A stretch of DNA of 64,000 nucleotides from an uncultured Chloroflexia bacterium (GCA_963828165.1 CAWHDR010000005.1:128001-192000), one strand, 5' to 3'. Counted from the first letter of the stretch, positions 41,268-51,500 are shown. Made by a program: numbers and translations. Notes: generated by a model not told the origin, from the sequence alone.

Positions 41268-42428
41268 TCAGCGGGCGGTGACGGTCTCGGCGGCGGTCGC
41301 CTTGTCGATCGCGCGGGCGAAGTGCAGCAGCGACGCCCCGAGCGGCGAATCGGCTTTCGTGAACATGAACGGCGCCCCGGAGTTGAGGGCGCTGATCGCT
41401 CCCCGGTACTCGTTCACGACCTGGTGGTCGATGGTCCGCTTCAGGGCGCCCTCAGCGTTCTTGACGTTGATGCCGGTGAACGCATTCGACCGGTTGAGCA
41501 CGAGCTGGACCTTGTTCGGCGGGTACCCGAGGTGGTTCATCGTCTCGAGGATGAGCCGGACGTTCTTGAGGCAGGACAGGTCGGCAGTCATGACGACGAA
41601 CACCGTCTCGGCCACCTCGAACACGCCGAGGTTGACGTCGTCGAGCCGCTTGTCCACGTCGACCAGGATGTAGTCGTACATCGTGGTCAGGTGCTCGGTG
41701 ATGATCGGGAGGTGCTCCGGGCGCACGAGCTCGGCGGTCTCGGGCGACGGCGGGGCGAGCAAGAGATCCACGCCGGAGTCGTGCTTGACCATGACCTGCC
41801 GGATGAACTCGGCGTCCATCGACGGGGCCGTCACGACGTCGACGACGCTCTTGCGGTCGAGCCCGAGGTCCAGGAACACCCGATGGTCGCCGAACTGGAG
41901 GTTGCCGTCGACCAGGCAGACCTTGCGACCGAGTTCGCGATGCAGGGCGATGGCCGCGTTGATCGCGATCGTCGTCGTGCCCACCCCACCCTTCGCGCCG
42001 TAGAACGCGAGGATGCGGCCCATCGGCGGTCGCGCGAGCAGCGCATCGCGTGGAGCGAAGCGCGCCAGGAGGCTTTTGATGCGGGCCAGCAGCTCGGCCG
42101 GGTGGAACGGCTTGATGAGGTAGTCGTCTGCGCCGGCCCGCAATCCGCGGACCTTCTGCTCCACCTCCCGCTCGGCAGTGAGCATGATGATCGGGACGTG
42201 CGACGAGCCGCCCTCTTCGCTGCGGATCTTGGCCGCGACCTGGTAGCCGTCGAGCTTGGGCAGCATGACGTCGAGCAGGATGAGATCGGGCTCTTCCGCG
42301 CCCCACAATCGGAATCCCTCGGCGCCGTCCCCGGCGATGACGACGTCATAGCCCTCCTGCTTGAGCGTGTACTGCAGGAGACGCTGGACATTCGGGTCGT
42401 CATCGACGACGAGGATCTTTGCGGCCAT
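41268..42428 (-). CDS. Receiver domain fused to a MinD/CpaE(TadZ)-like ATPase
   Basis: ILVVDDD...LLDVMLP...KPF intact receiver; GAKGGVGTTT deviant Walker A; DGNLQFGD; LVLNR. Confidence 0.9.
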   Translation of the reverse strand: MAAKILVVDDDPNVQRLLQYTLKQEGYDVVIAGDGAEGFRLWGAEEPDLILLDVMLPKLDGYQVAAKIRSEEGGSSHVPIIMLTAEREVEQKVRGLRAGADDYLIKPFHPAELLARIKSLLARFAPRDALLARPPMGRILAFYGAKGGVGTTTIAINAAIALHRELGRKVCLVDGNLQFGDHRVFLDLGLDRKSVVDVVTAPSMDAEFIRQVMVKHDSGVDLLLAPPSPETAELVRPEHLPIITEHLTTMYDYILVDVDKRLDDVNLGVFEVAETVFVVMTADLSCLKNVRLILETMNHLGYPPNKVQLVLNRSNAFTGINVKNAEGALKRTIDHQVVNEYRGAISALNSGAPFMFTKADSPLGASLLHFARAIDKATAAETVTAR

Positions 42429-43501
42429 CAGTCCTCCACGGCGGGTGCGCGGGCACGGGGGTCGCCGGGTGGGCTCCCCGGCGCGGCGATTATAGGGCTG
42501 GACCCCGCCGCACCGACATCGTCGCCGCGCCCGCGGCGGAACGCAAGGCGAAGGAAGTCCGTGACCCGTCGCTCGTAGTCATCGGGCGCGACGGCATGGC
42601 CGCCGCTGTGCCCCGCGCCCGGGACGATCCAGTGCTCGGACGCGGGCCCAGCCAGCGCGGCCAGCCGTCGACCGTCCGCGATGGGCACGGTCGTGTCGGC
42701 CCCACCGTGGATGAGCAGCAGCGGAACGGTCTCGAGAAGGCCGATGACCCGCGCCGGCTCCGTCGCCCGCGGATCGGCACCGAGCACGCGCGTCGCGCCA
42801 TCGAACAGGCGCGCGGCCATGAAGCGCCCGGCCGGACCACGGATCCGGGTCCCGACCGGGATCTCGAGCTCCGGCGCCGTCGAATCGGCGACGATGCCCA
42901 CGACCGCCGGGCGGGGCGCGACATCGACACCGCGCGGTGCTGTCGGATGCCCGTCAGCGGCAGCCAGCGTCCCGTCGCCCAGGACGGCCACGGCTGCGAT
43001 CGCCGCGATGCCACCCATCGATGTCCCGACCATGGCGACGCGCGTGATGCCCCGCTCACCCAGCCATGCGAGGGCGCCCGCGACGTCCTCAGTCTCGAGC
43101 AGGCCGAACGTCGATGGCCCATCGTCCGAGCCCCCGTGGCCACGAAAATCGAGCCCGAGGACCCCGGCGGTCCGCCGCAGGAAGGGCGCGTACTCGACGA
43201 GGTCCGGCGCGATGGAGCCCGAATAGCCGTGCAGCAATAGCACGGCCTCGTGCGGATCAGGTGTCCAATCTGCGGCGGAACCCCCCGCCGGCAGCCAGCG
43301 CGCGGCCAGCCGAAGTCCATCGCGCGCCCGTAGACGGACGACCTCCCCGCCCAGCTCGTCGAGTGCCGGGCCGAGCGCCTCCTCGCCGGGACCGACTCGA
43401 GGCGCGGTGAGCAACCGGTCCACCGCGCGCCTCGAGACGGCCCGCAACGTGATGGCCGAGACCGCCGCCGCGGCAGCGGCCCCGGCGATCCGGCGGATCA
43501 C
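42428..43501 (-). CDS. Alpha/beta hydrolase
   Basis: LLHGY, DFRGHGGS, GTSMGG nucleophile elbow, HG.AD and GAGH motifs. Confidence 0.9.
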   Translation of the reverse strand: MIRRIAGAAAAAAVSAITLRAVSRRAVDRLLTAPRVGPGEEALGPALDELGGEVVRLRARDGLRLAARWLPAGGSAADWTPDPHEAVLLLHGYSGSIAPDLVEYAPFLRRTAGVLGLDFRGHGGSDDGPSTFGLLETEDVAGALAWLGERGITRVAMVGTSMGGIAAIAAVAVLGDGTLAAADGHPTAPRGVDVAPRPAVVGIVADSTAPELEIPVGTRIRGPAGRFMAARLFDGATRVLGADPRATEPARVIGLLETVPLLLIHGGADTTVPIADGRRLAALAGPASEHWIVPGAGHSGGHAVAPDDYERRVTDFLRLAFRRGRGDDVGAAGSSPIIAAPGSPPGDPRARAPAVED

Positions 43502-44478
43502 CCGGCGGTCAGATCGGTGCCGGGTCCGGCCGGAGGTGGCGACTTCGTCTCGGCGGTGGTGGCCGCCACGGGTCGGGCGGTCCGACTCACGCTTCCGGTG
43601 TCGCCCGCAGGTTGGACGAAGTCGAGGAACGGCTCCAGGAGGCGCGTGAATTCGAACGGGATGACGAACTTCGTCGATGGGCTCGTGCCGAGGGCCTTGA
43701 GCGCTTCGAGGTACTGCAGCGACATGGTCTTCTGGTCGACCACCGCGGCCGCTTCGTAGATCCGGGTGAGGGCCTGACCGAAGCCTTCGGCGCGCAGGAT
43801 GGCCGACTGTCGATCGCCCTCGGCCCGCAGGATCTCGGCCTGCTTCTGGCCTTCGGCGACGTTGATCGCCGCCTGGCGCGAGCCCTCCGACTCGGTGATG
43901 ACGGCGCGCCGGGTGCGCTCGGCGGAAAGCTGGCGGTTCATCGCGTCCTGGACGGCGACCGGTGGCGTGATCTCGCGGATCTCGACGGTCGTGACCTTGC
44001 CGCCCCAGCGTTCGGTCACCTCATCGAGCTTGACCCGCAGCACCTCGTTGATCTGCTCGCGCTTGGATAGCACCTCGTCGAGCAGGATGTCGCCGATCAC
44101 GGCCCGCAGGGTCGTCGTGGCCACGCCCTGGAGAGCCCCGGGGAAGTTGACGACGTTGACCACGCTCTTGAGCGGATCGCTGATCCGCCAGTAGATCAGG
44201 AAATCGACGTTGATCGGGGCGTTGTCCTTGGTGATCGTCGTCTGGCTGGGGACTTCGATGAACTGCTCGCGGACGTCGACCTTGACCGGCCGGTCGATGA
44301 CCGGGACCAGGAAGCGCAGACCGGGCTCGCGAACCATCGACTCGTTCGTCTTCCCGAGTCGGAAGACGACCATCTTCTCGTATTGCTGGACCACCCGGAT
44401 CGACAGGTAGACGATGACCAGCAGGACGACGACGACGAAGGCGACCGCGGCAGCCGTGGCCGGGATGGGGAACTCCAT
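43498..44478 (-). CDS. SPFH/stomatin-like membrane protein
   Basis: N-terminal TM; VFRLGK, ITKDN, TTLRAVIG, RWG..V..VEI and AE..RQ coiled-coil repeats. Confidence 0.93.
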   Translation of the reverse strand: MEFPIPATAAAVAFVVVVLLVIVYLSIRVVQQYEKMVVFRLGKTNESMVREPGLRFLVPVIDRPVKVDVREQFIEVPSQTTITKDNAPINVDFLIYWRISDPLKSVVNVVNFPGALQGVATTTLRAVIGDILLDEVLSKREQINEVLRVKLDEVTERWGGKVTTVEIREITPPVAVQDAMNRQLSAERTRRAVITESEGSRQAAINVAEGQKQAEILRAEGDRQSAILRAEGFGQALTRIYEAAAVVDQKTMSLQYLEALKALGTSPSTKFVIPFEFTRLLEPFLDFVQPAGDTGSVSRTARPVAATTAETKSPPPAGPGTDLTAG

Positions 44479-44492
44479 GGGATCTCCCTTGC

Positions 44493-45890
44493 TCAGGATC
44501 GTGACGATGATGACGGGTCGAGCTCGACGATGACGGTCAATCCGTCCGTCGCGACCACGCGCACGGGAACGCCGCGTTCCAGCGGCCGGCCATCAGCGGT
44601 CCTCGCCGACCATTCCTCACCCGCGAGGTAGACCGAGCCGAGGGGCTCGATCGATCGGCGCACGACGCCGGTGACCCCCGGCGCAATTGACGAGGCGCTG
44701 CCCACGAGGCCGGCTGGTGCCGGCATGGCGCGGGTTCGGACGGCGAACGCCACGATGAGCAGGAAGAGCACGGCCACCGTGACGGTCGTCGTCGCCACGA
44801 CCGGTGTCGCGACGCGGACCAGCGGTTCGAACGGGTCTCCGGGCTGGGTGAAGAGGGCCGATGCCCCCAAAGCGAAGCACACGATGCCGCCCAGGCCGAG
44901 CAGGCCGTGGCTGGTCACGGTGAGCTCCAGGCCGATCAGGATCATCGCCAGCACGATCAGCAGGAGGCCCGCGATGTTGAGTGGCAGGCTGCCGAAGCCG
45001 ATGAAGGCGAGGATGATCGCCAGGGCGCCCAGGATACCGGTCACGAAGTTCGGGTTCTGCAACTCGAAGAGGATCCCGTAGAAGCCGATCGTGAACAGGA
45101 TGAACGAGATGTTCGGGTCGGACAGGAGGTGCAGGAACTCCTGGAACGGGTTCATCCCCAGCTCGTCGACCGTGGCGCCGGCGAGGTCGAGCGTCTCCGG
45201 CTGACCGTTCACGGTCACTGTCCGGCCGAGGGCGAAGGCGACGACCTCATCGATCGAGCCCGCGATGCCGTCGATCGCACCGACCGCGAGCGCTTCGGAC
45301 GCCGGCGAAGAACGGGCGTCGCGAACGGTCTCTTCGGCCCAGTCCGCGTCGCGGCCGCGCGTCTCCGCGATCGAGCGGATGCTCGCGATCGCGTCGTTCA
45401 GGACCTTCTGGCCAAGGTCGCCCTCGATGTCCTCGCCCCCGCCGCCGACCGGTGTGGCAGCGCCGATGTTGGTGCCCGGAGCCATCAGCGCGATGTGTCC
45501 TGCCAGCGTGATGAACGTCCCGGCGCTGGCGGCCCGGGCGCCCGAGGGCGTGACCCAGACGATCGTCGGCAGCGGGGCGTCAAGCAGCGTCGACACGATG
45601 CGCTGGGTCGCGTCCAGGCTGCCGCCCGGCGTGTTCAGCTCGATGACCACGGCCTCGGCGCCTTCGCGCTCGGCGTGGGCCACTCCCTCGGCGAGATACC
45701 CGGCCATCACGTTGTCGACGATGCCGGTCGCCGTCAGGACCACGATGTTCGAGCCCGTGCCCGGCACCGGTGGCTCCGCCGATGCGCTCGGTGATGCTTC
45801 CTGGGCCGCTGCGCCGGTGGCGGCGAGCATCTCCAGGGCGCCCAGCGCCAGGGGAAGCATGAGCACGAACGGAGCGAGGCGACGGAACAC
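44493..45890 (-). CDS. nfeD: Long-form NfeD membrane-bound ClpP-class serine protease
   Basis: LNTPGG, RAASAG and MAPGTNIGAA.P motifs, TM bundle, C-terminal OB fold (GEEWSA). Confidence 0.92.
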   Translation of the reverse strand: MFRRLAPFVLMLPLALGALEMLAATGAAAQEASPSASAEPPVPGTGSNIVVLTATGIVDNVMAGYLAEGVAHAEREGAEAVVIELNTPGGSLDATQRIVSTLLDAPLPTIVWVTPSGARAASAGTFITLAGHIALMAPGTNIGAATPVGGGGEDIEGDLGQKVLNDAIASIRSIAETRGRDADWAEETVRDARSSPASEALAVGAIDGIAGSIDEVVAFALGRTVTVNGQPETLDLAGATVDELGMNPFQEFLHLLSDPNISFILFTIGFYGILFELQNPNFVTGILGALAIILAFIGFGSLPLNIAGLLLIVLAMILIGLELTVTSHGLLGLGGIVCFALGASALFTQPGDPFEPLVRVATPVVATTTVTVAVLFLLIVAFAVRTRAMPAPAGLVGSASSIAPGVTGVVRRSIEPLGSVYLAGEEWSARTADGRPLERGVPVRVVATDGLTVIVELDPSSSSRS

Positions 45891-45910
45891 GCTGAACCTC
45901 CGGTTCGCGC

Positions 45911-46495
45911 CTATCGTATCGCGGCAGCCTCCAGCGCCTCGAACACGAGCCGGCTCCAGGTCTCGAGGTCGTCACTGACCGCGGCCACCTCGCCGGGGGT
46001 CGCGAACGCACCCGTCAGCTTGTCGTGCTCCCGGACGCTCACCGGCCGGCCAACGGCGTCGGCCACGAACACGACACCCAGGTGGACCGCCCCGACGTCC
46101 GTCGTGTCGTCGTTGAGCAGCGCCAGCGGCTCGAATGCGGGTTCGAAGTCGGCGTCGAGCTCCTCGCGCCATTCCCGCCGCAGCCCGCCGAGCAGACCGT
46201 CGTCGCCGGGGTTGAGGTGGCCGCCGACCCCGATCGACCAGCGGTCGTGGAGGCGCTGATCGGCACCCGCCCGCGTCCGGCGCATCAGGAAGTAGCGGTC
46301 GCCGTCGCGCAGGACCAGGTACGGGATGATCTGTTTGTGCGTCGGGTCCTGCTCCATCGCATCACGCGGCGCATAGCGGCCATCGCGGGCGATGACCTCG
46401 AGGAATGCGGCCAATCCGTCCGAACGCAGCCCATGCCAGCCGGCCGCATCCGGGCACAGCTCGCGGGCGACCACGAGGACCTGCTCGCCGCTCAT
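45911..46495 (-). CDS. NUDIX-family hydrolase
   Basis: E.DP..KQIIPY, SIGVGGHLN, REWREEL and VG.VHLG motifs. Confidence 0.88.
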   Translation of the reverse strand: MSGEQVLVVARELCPDAAGWHGLRSDGLAAFLEVIARDGRYAPRDAMEQDPTHKQIIPYLVLRDGDRYFLMRRTRAGADQRLHDRWSIGVGGHLNPGDDGLLGGLRREWREELDADFEPAFEPLALLNDDTTDVGAVHLGVVFVADAVGRPVSVREHDKLTGAFATPGEVAAVSDDLETWSRLVFEALEAAAIR

Positions 46496-47379
46496 CGAGG
46501 CATCGCCTCCAGTCGTTCGCGGGCGGTCCGCAGGCGGTCGGCGATCTCGCTTGCATCGGGCCCGCCGGGGCGTTCAAGCTCCGCCAGCCACCCGTCGAGC
46601 GCGCTGATGAGGTCGCGCACCCGTGCGGCGAGCGCGGGGGCGTTCGTGGCGATGATGCCGGCGCCCATCTTCACGTCGCCGCGCGCCAGGCGGGTCGTGT
46701 CACGCCAGCCGGTCGCCGCGAGGTCGGCGGCGGTCGGCCAGTCACCGGACGGGCCAGCCGATGCTCCCCCGGCGACGGCCTCGACGAGCGCTGCCGCGAC
46801 GACGAGGGGCAGGTGGCTGATCCCCGCCACGGCCCGGTCGTGGGCAGCCGCCCCGAGCCGGACCGGTCGCGCGCCGCACGCCCTGGCGAAGTTCTCCACG
46901 CGCTCGATCGCGGCGGCATCCGACGTGGGCACGACGACCCATGGCCGATCGAGGAACAGGTCCGCGCTGGACGCCTCGTAGCCGCTGGTCTCTCGCCCGG
47001 CCATCGGATGGCCGCCCACGAAGCGCAGCCCGAGCGCGGTCGCGCGCAGCACGATGGCCTCCTTCGTGCTTGCCACGTCGGTCAGGACCGCGTCCGGGTC
47101 CAGGAGGTGCCGCCACGGACCTGCCAGCTCGTCGAGCTGTGCCAGGCAGTCCGGTGCCGGGCCGGCCAGGACGACGAGGTCCGCCCCATCGATCGCCTCC
47201 TCCGGCGACGCCGCCACGCGATCGATGACGCCGTCCGCGAAGGCGGCCCCGGGCCCGCGACCGGAGGGCGTCCAGGCGGCGATGGACCACGGCACCTTCA
47301 GCTCCGGCGTGCGGGATGCGCGGAGGGCACGAACCACCGATCCGCCGATGAGCCCCAGCCCGAGCAGCCCGATCCGCAT
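46492..47379 (-). CDS. tyrA: Prephenate/arogenate dehydrogenase
   Basis: GLGLIGGS, TDVASTK, VGGHPMAG, HD..VA.ISHLP and RDTTRLA motifs. Confidence 0.92.
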   Translation of the reverse strand: MRIGLLGLGLIGGSVVRALRASRTPELKVPWSIAAWTPSGRGPGAAFADGVIDRVAASPEEAIDGADLVVLAGPAPDCLAQLDELAGPWRHLLDPDAVLTDVASTKEAIVLRATALGLRFVGGHPMAGRETSGYEASSADLFLDRPWVVVPTSDAAAIERVENFARACGARPVRLGAAAHDRAVAGISHLPLVVAAALVEAVAGGASAGPSGDWPTAADLAATGWRDTTRLARGDVKMGAGIIATNAPALAARVRDLISALDGWLAELERPGGPDASEIADRLRTARERLEAMPR

Positions 47380-47494
47380 GCCCGCGAGTATCGCAGCCGG
47401 TTCCCCGTCGCGTTGTACGGCGGTGCTACCATCGCGCCCGGAGCGCGCGAACGTGGTTCGGGGCGTCCTCAGACCTCCAGGCACGGAGGACAGC

Positions 47495-48181
47495 TTGACC
47501 GCCGACACCAGGCCGATCCGGGTCTTGCTCGTGGACGACCATCAGCTCCTCACCGATTCCCTGGCGCGGCTGCTTGCCGCTGAGCCGGACATCGAGGTCG
47601 TCGGAGTGGGTGGGAGCGTCGCCGACGCGAAGCTGCTCGCCCGTGAGCGGATGGACGTCGTGCTGATGGACTACCGCCTGCCGGATGGGACCGGCGCCGA
47701 GGCCACCCGGGCGATCAAGGCACGGTGGCCGAGCGCACGCGTGGTGATGCTGACCGCGGTCAATGACGACGAGACCGTCCTCGAGTCCATCCAGGCAGGA
47801 GCGGACGGCTATCTCACGAAGGATCGGGCCGTCGACGACGTCGTCGCGACCGTCCGCAGCGCCCGAGCGGGCGAGACCCTGCTGCCTCGTTCGGTGATCA
47901 TCGGCATCGCTCAGCGGGTCGCGAGCGCACGCGACCGGCAGCCCGAGCGGCCCCCGATCGAGGCCCTCACGGCGCGTGAGCTCCAGGTCCTGCAATCGTT
48001 GGCCGAGGGACTCGCGACCCCCGACATCTGCGAACGGCTGTTCATCTCGCGGAACACGCTTCGGACGCACGTGCAGAACATCATGATGAAGCTGCACGTG
48101 CACTCGAAGCTGGAGGCCGTGACCGTCGGCCTGCGCAACCGGATCATCGATCCGCCGCGAGCCGACGACCGCCTTTACTGA
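47495..48181 (+). CDS. NarL/LuxR family response regulator
   Basis: GGAGGA SD and TTG start; VLLVDDH, LMDYRLP and LTARELQVL HTH. Confidence 0.93.
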   Translation: MTADTRPIRVLLVDDHQLLTDSLARLLAAEPDIEVVGVGGSVADAKLLARERMDVVLMDYRLPDGTGAEATRAIKARWPSARVVMLTAVNDDETVLESIQAGADGYLTKDRAVDDVVATVRSARAGETLLPRSVIIGIAQRVASARDRQPERPPIEALTARELQVLQSLAEGLATPDICERLFISRNTLRTHVQNIMMKLHVHSKLEAVTVGLRNRIIDPPRADDRLY

Positions 48182-48205
48182 TCCGGGCGGCGGCCCGACG
48201 TCGAA

Positions 48206-48457
48206 CTAACCCGCGCGTCGCCGTCGCCGCACGCGAACCTCGCGACGCTCGGCGACCCGCCGTTCCTCCTCGTCGGGGGGACCTGGATCGTCCGGCGGAT
48301 TGACCCGTCGCGTCGTCCCGCGCCGCTCGGTCTCGCGTCGCTCCGGGTTCAGGTTCGCACCGCAACGTGGGCAGCGTCGCTCCTCGGCGAAGAGCGATTC
48401 GAGCGGCGAGACGGTGTACAGCTGCCGCCCGCATTTCCAGCAGGCGAGTCGCGGCAT
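48206..48457 (-). CDS. 83-aa zinc-ribbon protein with ERR repeats
   Basis: GGAGG SD; CWKC...CPRC followed by ERRETERR and ERRVAERR. Confidence 0.75.
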   Translation of the reverse strand: MPRLACWKCGRQLYTVSPLESLFAEERRCPRCGANLNPERRETERRGTTRRVNPPDDPGPPDEEERRVAERREVRVRRRRRAG

Positions 48458-48469
48458 CAGCGCGCCTCC

Positions 48470-49843
48470 TCAGCCGACGCCGGGCAGGGCGGCGAGCGCC
48501 GCCTCGACCTTCTCGGCCGGGTACTCGTAGTCCTCGAGCGAGCCATCCAGGTAGCGCTCGTAGGCAGACAGGTCGAAATGCCCGTGGCCGCACAGGTTGA
48601 ACAGGATGACCCGCGCCTCGCCGGCCTCCTTGGCCGCGTTGGCCTCGTCGATGGCGACCCGGATGGCGTGGCTCGGTTCTGGAGCCGGCAGGATGCCCTC
48701 GGCGCGGGCGAAGGCGACGCCCGCCTCGAAGCTCGACCGCTGGTGGACGCTGCGCGCTTCGATGAAGTCGTGCTCCTTGAGCAGGCTGACCAGCGGCGCC
48801 ATGCCGTGGTACCGGAGCCCGCCGGCATGGATCGGCTCCGGGATGAAGTCGGAGCCGAGGGTGTGCATCTTCACGAGCGGCGTCAGCTTCCCGGTGTCGC
48901 CGAAGTCGTAGGCGTACACGCCGCGGGTCAGGCTCGGTGCCGCCTCCGGCTCGACCGCGATGACCCTGTGCGTGGCGCCGTCGCGGAAATTGCGGCCGAG
49001 GAACGGGAACGTCAGGCCGGCGAAGTTCGACCCACCACCCGTGCAGCCGATGATGATGTCCGGTGACTCCCCGGCCATGCCCATCTGCTCGATCGCTTCC
49101 TGCCCGATCACGGTCTGGTGCAGGAGCACGTGGTTCAGCACGGATCCCAGCGAGTACTTCGTGTCGTCGCGGGATGCGGCGTCCTCGACGGCCTCGCTGA
49201 TCGCGATGCCCAAAGATCCGGGGTTGTCGGGGGTCTCGCCGAGGACGGTCCGGCCGTAGTTCGTGGTCAGCGAGGGACTGGCGACGACTTCCGCACCGTA
49301 GGTCTCCATGAGGATCCGGCGGTACGGCTTCTGGTCGTAGCTCGCGCGGACCATGTAGACCTTGACCTCGAGCCCGAAGAGGGCGCCGGCGAACGCCAGG
49401 GCACTCCCCCACTGCCCCGCGCCGGTCTCGGTGGCCAGGCGTTTGACGCCTTCCTGCTGGTTGAAGAACGCCTGCGGGATGGCCGTGTTGGGCTTGTGGC
49501 TACCGGCCGGGCTGACGCCCTCGTACTTGTAGTAGATGTGGGCCGGGGTATCGAGCGCGCGCTCGAGTCGATGGGCCCGATAGAGCGGGCTGGGCCGGTA
49601 CAGGCGGTAGGCATCGCGGACGGGCTCGGGGATCTCGATCTCTCGCTCTGCCGACACCTCCTGCCCGATGAGCGCCATCGGGAAAAGCGGGGCGAGGTCG
49701 TCGGGCCCGATCGGCTGCCCGGTCCCAGGGTGGAGCGGCGGGAGCGGTGGCACCGGCAGGTCCGCCGCGATGTTGTACCAGGCGCGCGGGATCCGGCTCT
49801 CGTCGAGGACGAATTTGGTCTGCCGCGGATCCGAGGGCGCCAT
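48470..49843 (-). CDS. trpB2: TrpB2 (TrpB-like PLP enzyme)
   Basis: [41 protein letters not shown] and NLCGHG motifs. Confidence 0.95.
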   Translation of the reverse strand: MAPSDPRQTKFVLDESRIPRAWYNIAADLPVPPLPPLHPGTGQPIGPDDLAPLFPMALIGQEVSAEREIEIPEPVRDAYRLYRPSPLYRAHRLERALDTPAHIYYKYEGVSPAGSHKPNTAIPQAFFNQQEGVKRLATETGAGQWGSALAFAGALFGLEVKVYMVRASYDQKPYRRILMETYGAEVVASPSLTTNYGRTVLGETPDNPGSLGIAISEAVEDAASRDDTKYSLGSVLNHVLLHQTVIGQEAIEQMGMAGESPDIIIGCTGGGSNFAGLTFPFLGRNFRDGATHRVIAVEPEAAPSLTRGVYAYDFGDTGKLTPLVKMHTLGSDFIPEPIHAGGLRYHGMAPLVSLLKEHDFIEARSVHQRSSFEAGVAFARAEGILPAPEPSHAIRVAIDEANAAKEAGEARVILFNLCGHGHFDLSAYERYLDGSLEDYEYPAEKVEAALAALPGVG

Positions 49844-49888
49844 GAGAACCTCCCGATATGGTCCGGCCGAGGGGCCGGGACGGGGAGC

Positions 49889-50791
49889 CTAGCGCCCGCG
49901 GACGCGGCGGCGCAACCGCTCGGGCCGGGTGGCGTACGCGGCGGTCGCGGCCAGCAACGGCAGGACGAGGATCACGCCGTTGTCCGACTTGCCATTGCCC
50001 TTGCCGCATGGCCGGTCCGCCGAGCCGTTGCCCTTGTTATGGCCGGGTGGTCCGGCGCCCTTCTCGGGACACGGCACCTTGCCCTTCGCGGCCTTGGGCG
50101 GCTTCGGCTTGGGTGGCTTCGGCTTGGGCTTCGGGGTCGGCTTGGGCGTGACGACCGCCGGCTTCGGGGTCGGCTTGGGCGTGACCCTGGGTGTCGGCAC
50201 CGGGGTGACCCGTGGGGTCGGGCGCGGTGTCGGTGCGGCGGTGACCCGCGGTGTCGGTGCGGCGGTGACCCGCGGTGTCGGTGCGGCGGTGACCCGCGGT
50301 GTCGGTGCGGCGGTGACCCGCGGTGTCGGTGCGGCGGTGACCCGCGGCGTCGGTGCCGTGGTCGGGGCCGCGGTGACCGCCGGCGTCGGGGCGACCTGGC
50401 CGGTGGGGACCGGGACCGGTGTGACGACCGGCGATGTGATCGGCCCCAATGACGCCGTTGCCGTGGCCGGTGACGCGAGCGGGGCGGAAGCCGACACCGA
50501 CGGACCGGGCACGATCGAGGGGGACGCGCTCGCCGGGGACGGGCCCGCGCTCGAGGACGGCTCAGCGGACGGCTGCCCGGGAGGCGATGTCGGACCGGGA
50601 GGAACGAGCCCGTCAGTGGGACCCGCCTCGGTCGGGGTCGGCGTGGGGATGGCGGCGATGTCCGTGGGACGCTGTGATGCCGCAGCCTGCTGCTGGAGCT
50701 CCACGCCACCGATGCCGAGCGCGATCGTCGCGAGCACGAGGTTCAGGACGCCGAGGCTGAGGATGAGCCGGACGCGCTGACCCGGTGTCAC
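49889..50791 (-). CDS. Pro/Thr-rich surface protein with hydrophobic ends and tandem repeats
   Basis: AGGAGGAGG SD; N-terminal hydrophobic helix, PT-rich stalk, C-terminal hydrophobic stretch and Arg-rich tail. Confidence 0.75.
   Translation of the reverse strand: MTPGQRVRLILSLGVLNLVLATIALGIGGVELQQQAAASQRPTDIAAIPTPTPTEAGPTDGLVPPGPTSPPGQPSAEPSSSAGPSPASASPSIVPGPSVSASAPLASPATATASLGPITSPVVTPVPVPTGQVAPTPAVTAAPTTAPTPRVTAAPTPRVTAAPTPRVTAAPTPRVTAAPTPRVTAAPTPRPTPRVTPVPTPRVTPKPTPKPAVVTPKPTPKPKPKPPKPKPPKAAKGKVPCPEKGAGPPGHNKGNGSADRPCGKGNGKSDNGVILVLPLLAATAAYATRPERLRRRVRGR
50223..50342. repeat. Five perfect 24-bp tandem repeats (coding VTAAPTPR)
   Basis: CGCGGTGTCGGTGCGGCGGTGACC x5 with degenerate flanking copies. 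Confidence 0.95.
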
Positions 50792-50819
50792 GACGATGGA
50801 ACCCTCCTCCTGGGCCCGG

Positions 50820-51500
50820 TCAGTGCGCCCCCGGGATCGGTTGATGGTACACGGCATCGGCCTCCGGGGGCGTTGCCCCGAGGGGCACGGAGGTCACGGG
50901 GACATATCGAGCCGGACCGCCGCCGGTGACGCTTTCGAACAGGCCGAGCACGTCCAGGCGCGCCTCGATTCGGCGATCGGTCATGGCCTTGGACAGCCGA
51001 TCTGCAACGAGCGCACCGGCGGCGACACCGTCCGATCGAGCGAGGGTGAGGTGCGCCCGGAACGGTCGGAGATCGGGCTCCCAGCCCGCGGCGACCAGCG
51101 CGTCGTTGAGCTCGGCCGATAGCCGTGCGAGCTCTTCGGTACCCGCGGCGACACCGATCCAGAGCGCTCGAGGCCGACCCCCCGGTGGGAAGGTCCCGGC
51201 GCCGCCAAGCTCGAGATCGATGGGGCCCGGGGTGGCGGAGGCGACCGCCCGAACGGCGGACGCCGTCGGCTCCAGGCGCTCTTCTGCGGTCGGGCCGAGG
51301 AAGCGCAGGGTCAGATGCAGGCCGTCGAGGCGGACCCAGCGGACATCACGGGCTCCGTGGGGCAGTGCCTCGGCCCGCACCTCGTCGACGATCGAACGAA
51401 CGGCGTCCGCGGCGACGTCGGGGAGTGGCACCGCGATGAAGAGGCGCCGGCCGGGTATGCCGGCGTATGGGTCGCCCCGCCGTTCGCGGCTCGGACTCAA
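50820..51500 (-). CDS. thpR: RNA 2',3'-cyclic phosphodiesterase (2H family)
   Basis: RLFIAV, HLTLRFLG and FRAHLTLAR, giving two HxT motifs. Confidence 0.93.
   Translation of the reverse strand: MSPSRERRGDPYAGIPGRRLFIAVPLPDVAADAVRSIVDEVRAEALPHGARDVRWVRLDGLHLTLRFLGPTAEERLEPTASAVRAVASATPGPIDLELGGAGTFPPGGRPRALWIGVAAGTEELARLSAELNDALVAAGWEPDLRPFRAHLTLARSDGVAAGALVADRLSKAMTDRRIEARLDVLGLFESVTGGGPARYVPVTSVPLGATPPEADAVYHQPIPGAH

Noticed and set aside
50223-50342. CRISPR array
   Set aside because: The repeats are contiguous with no spacers, are in-frame coding, and there are no cas genes.
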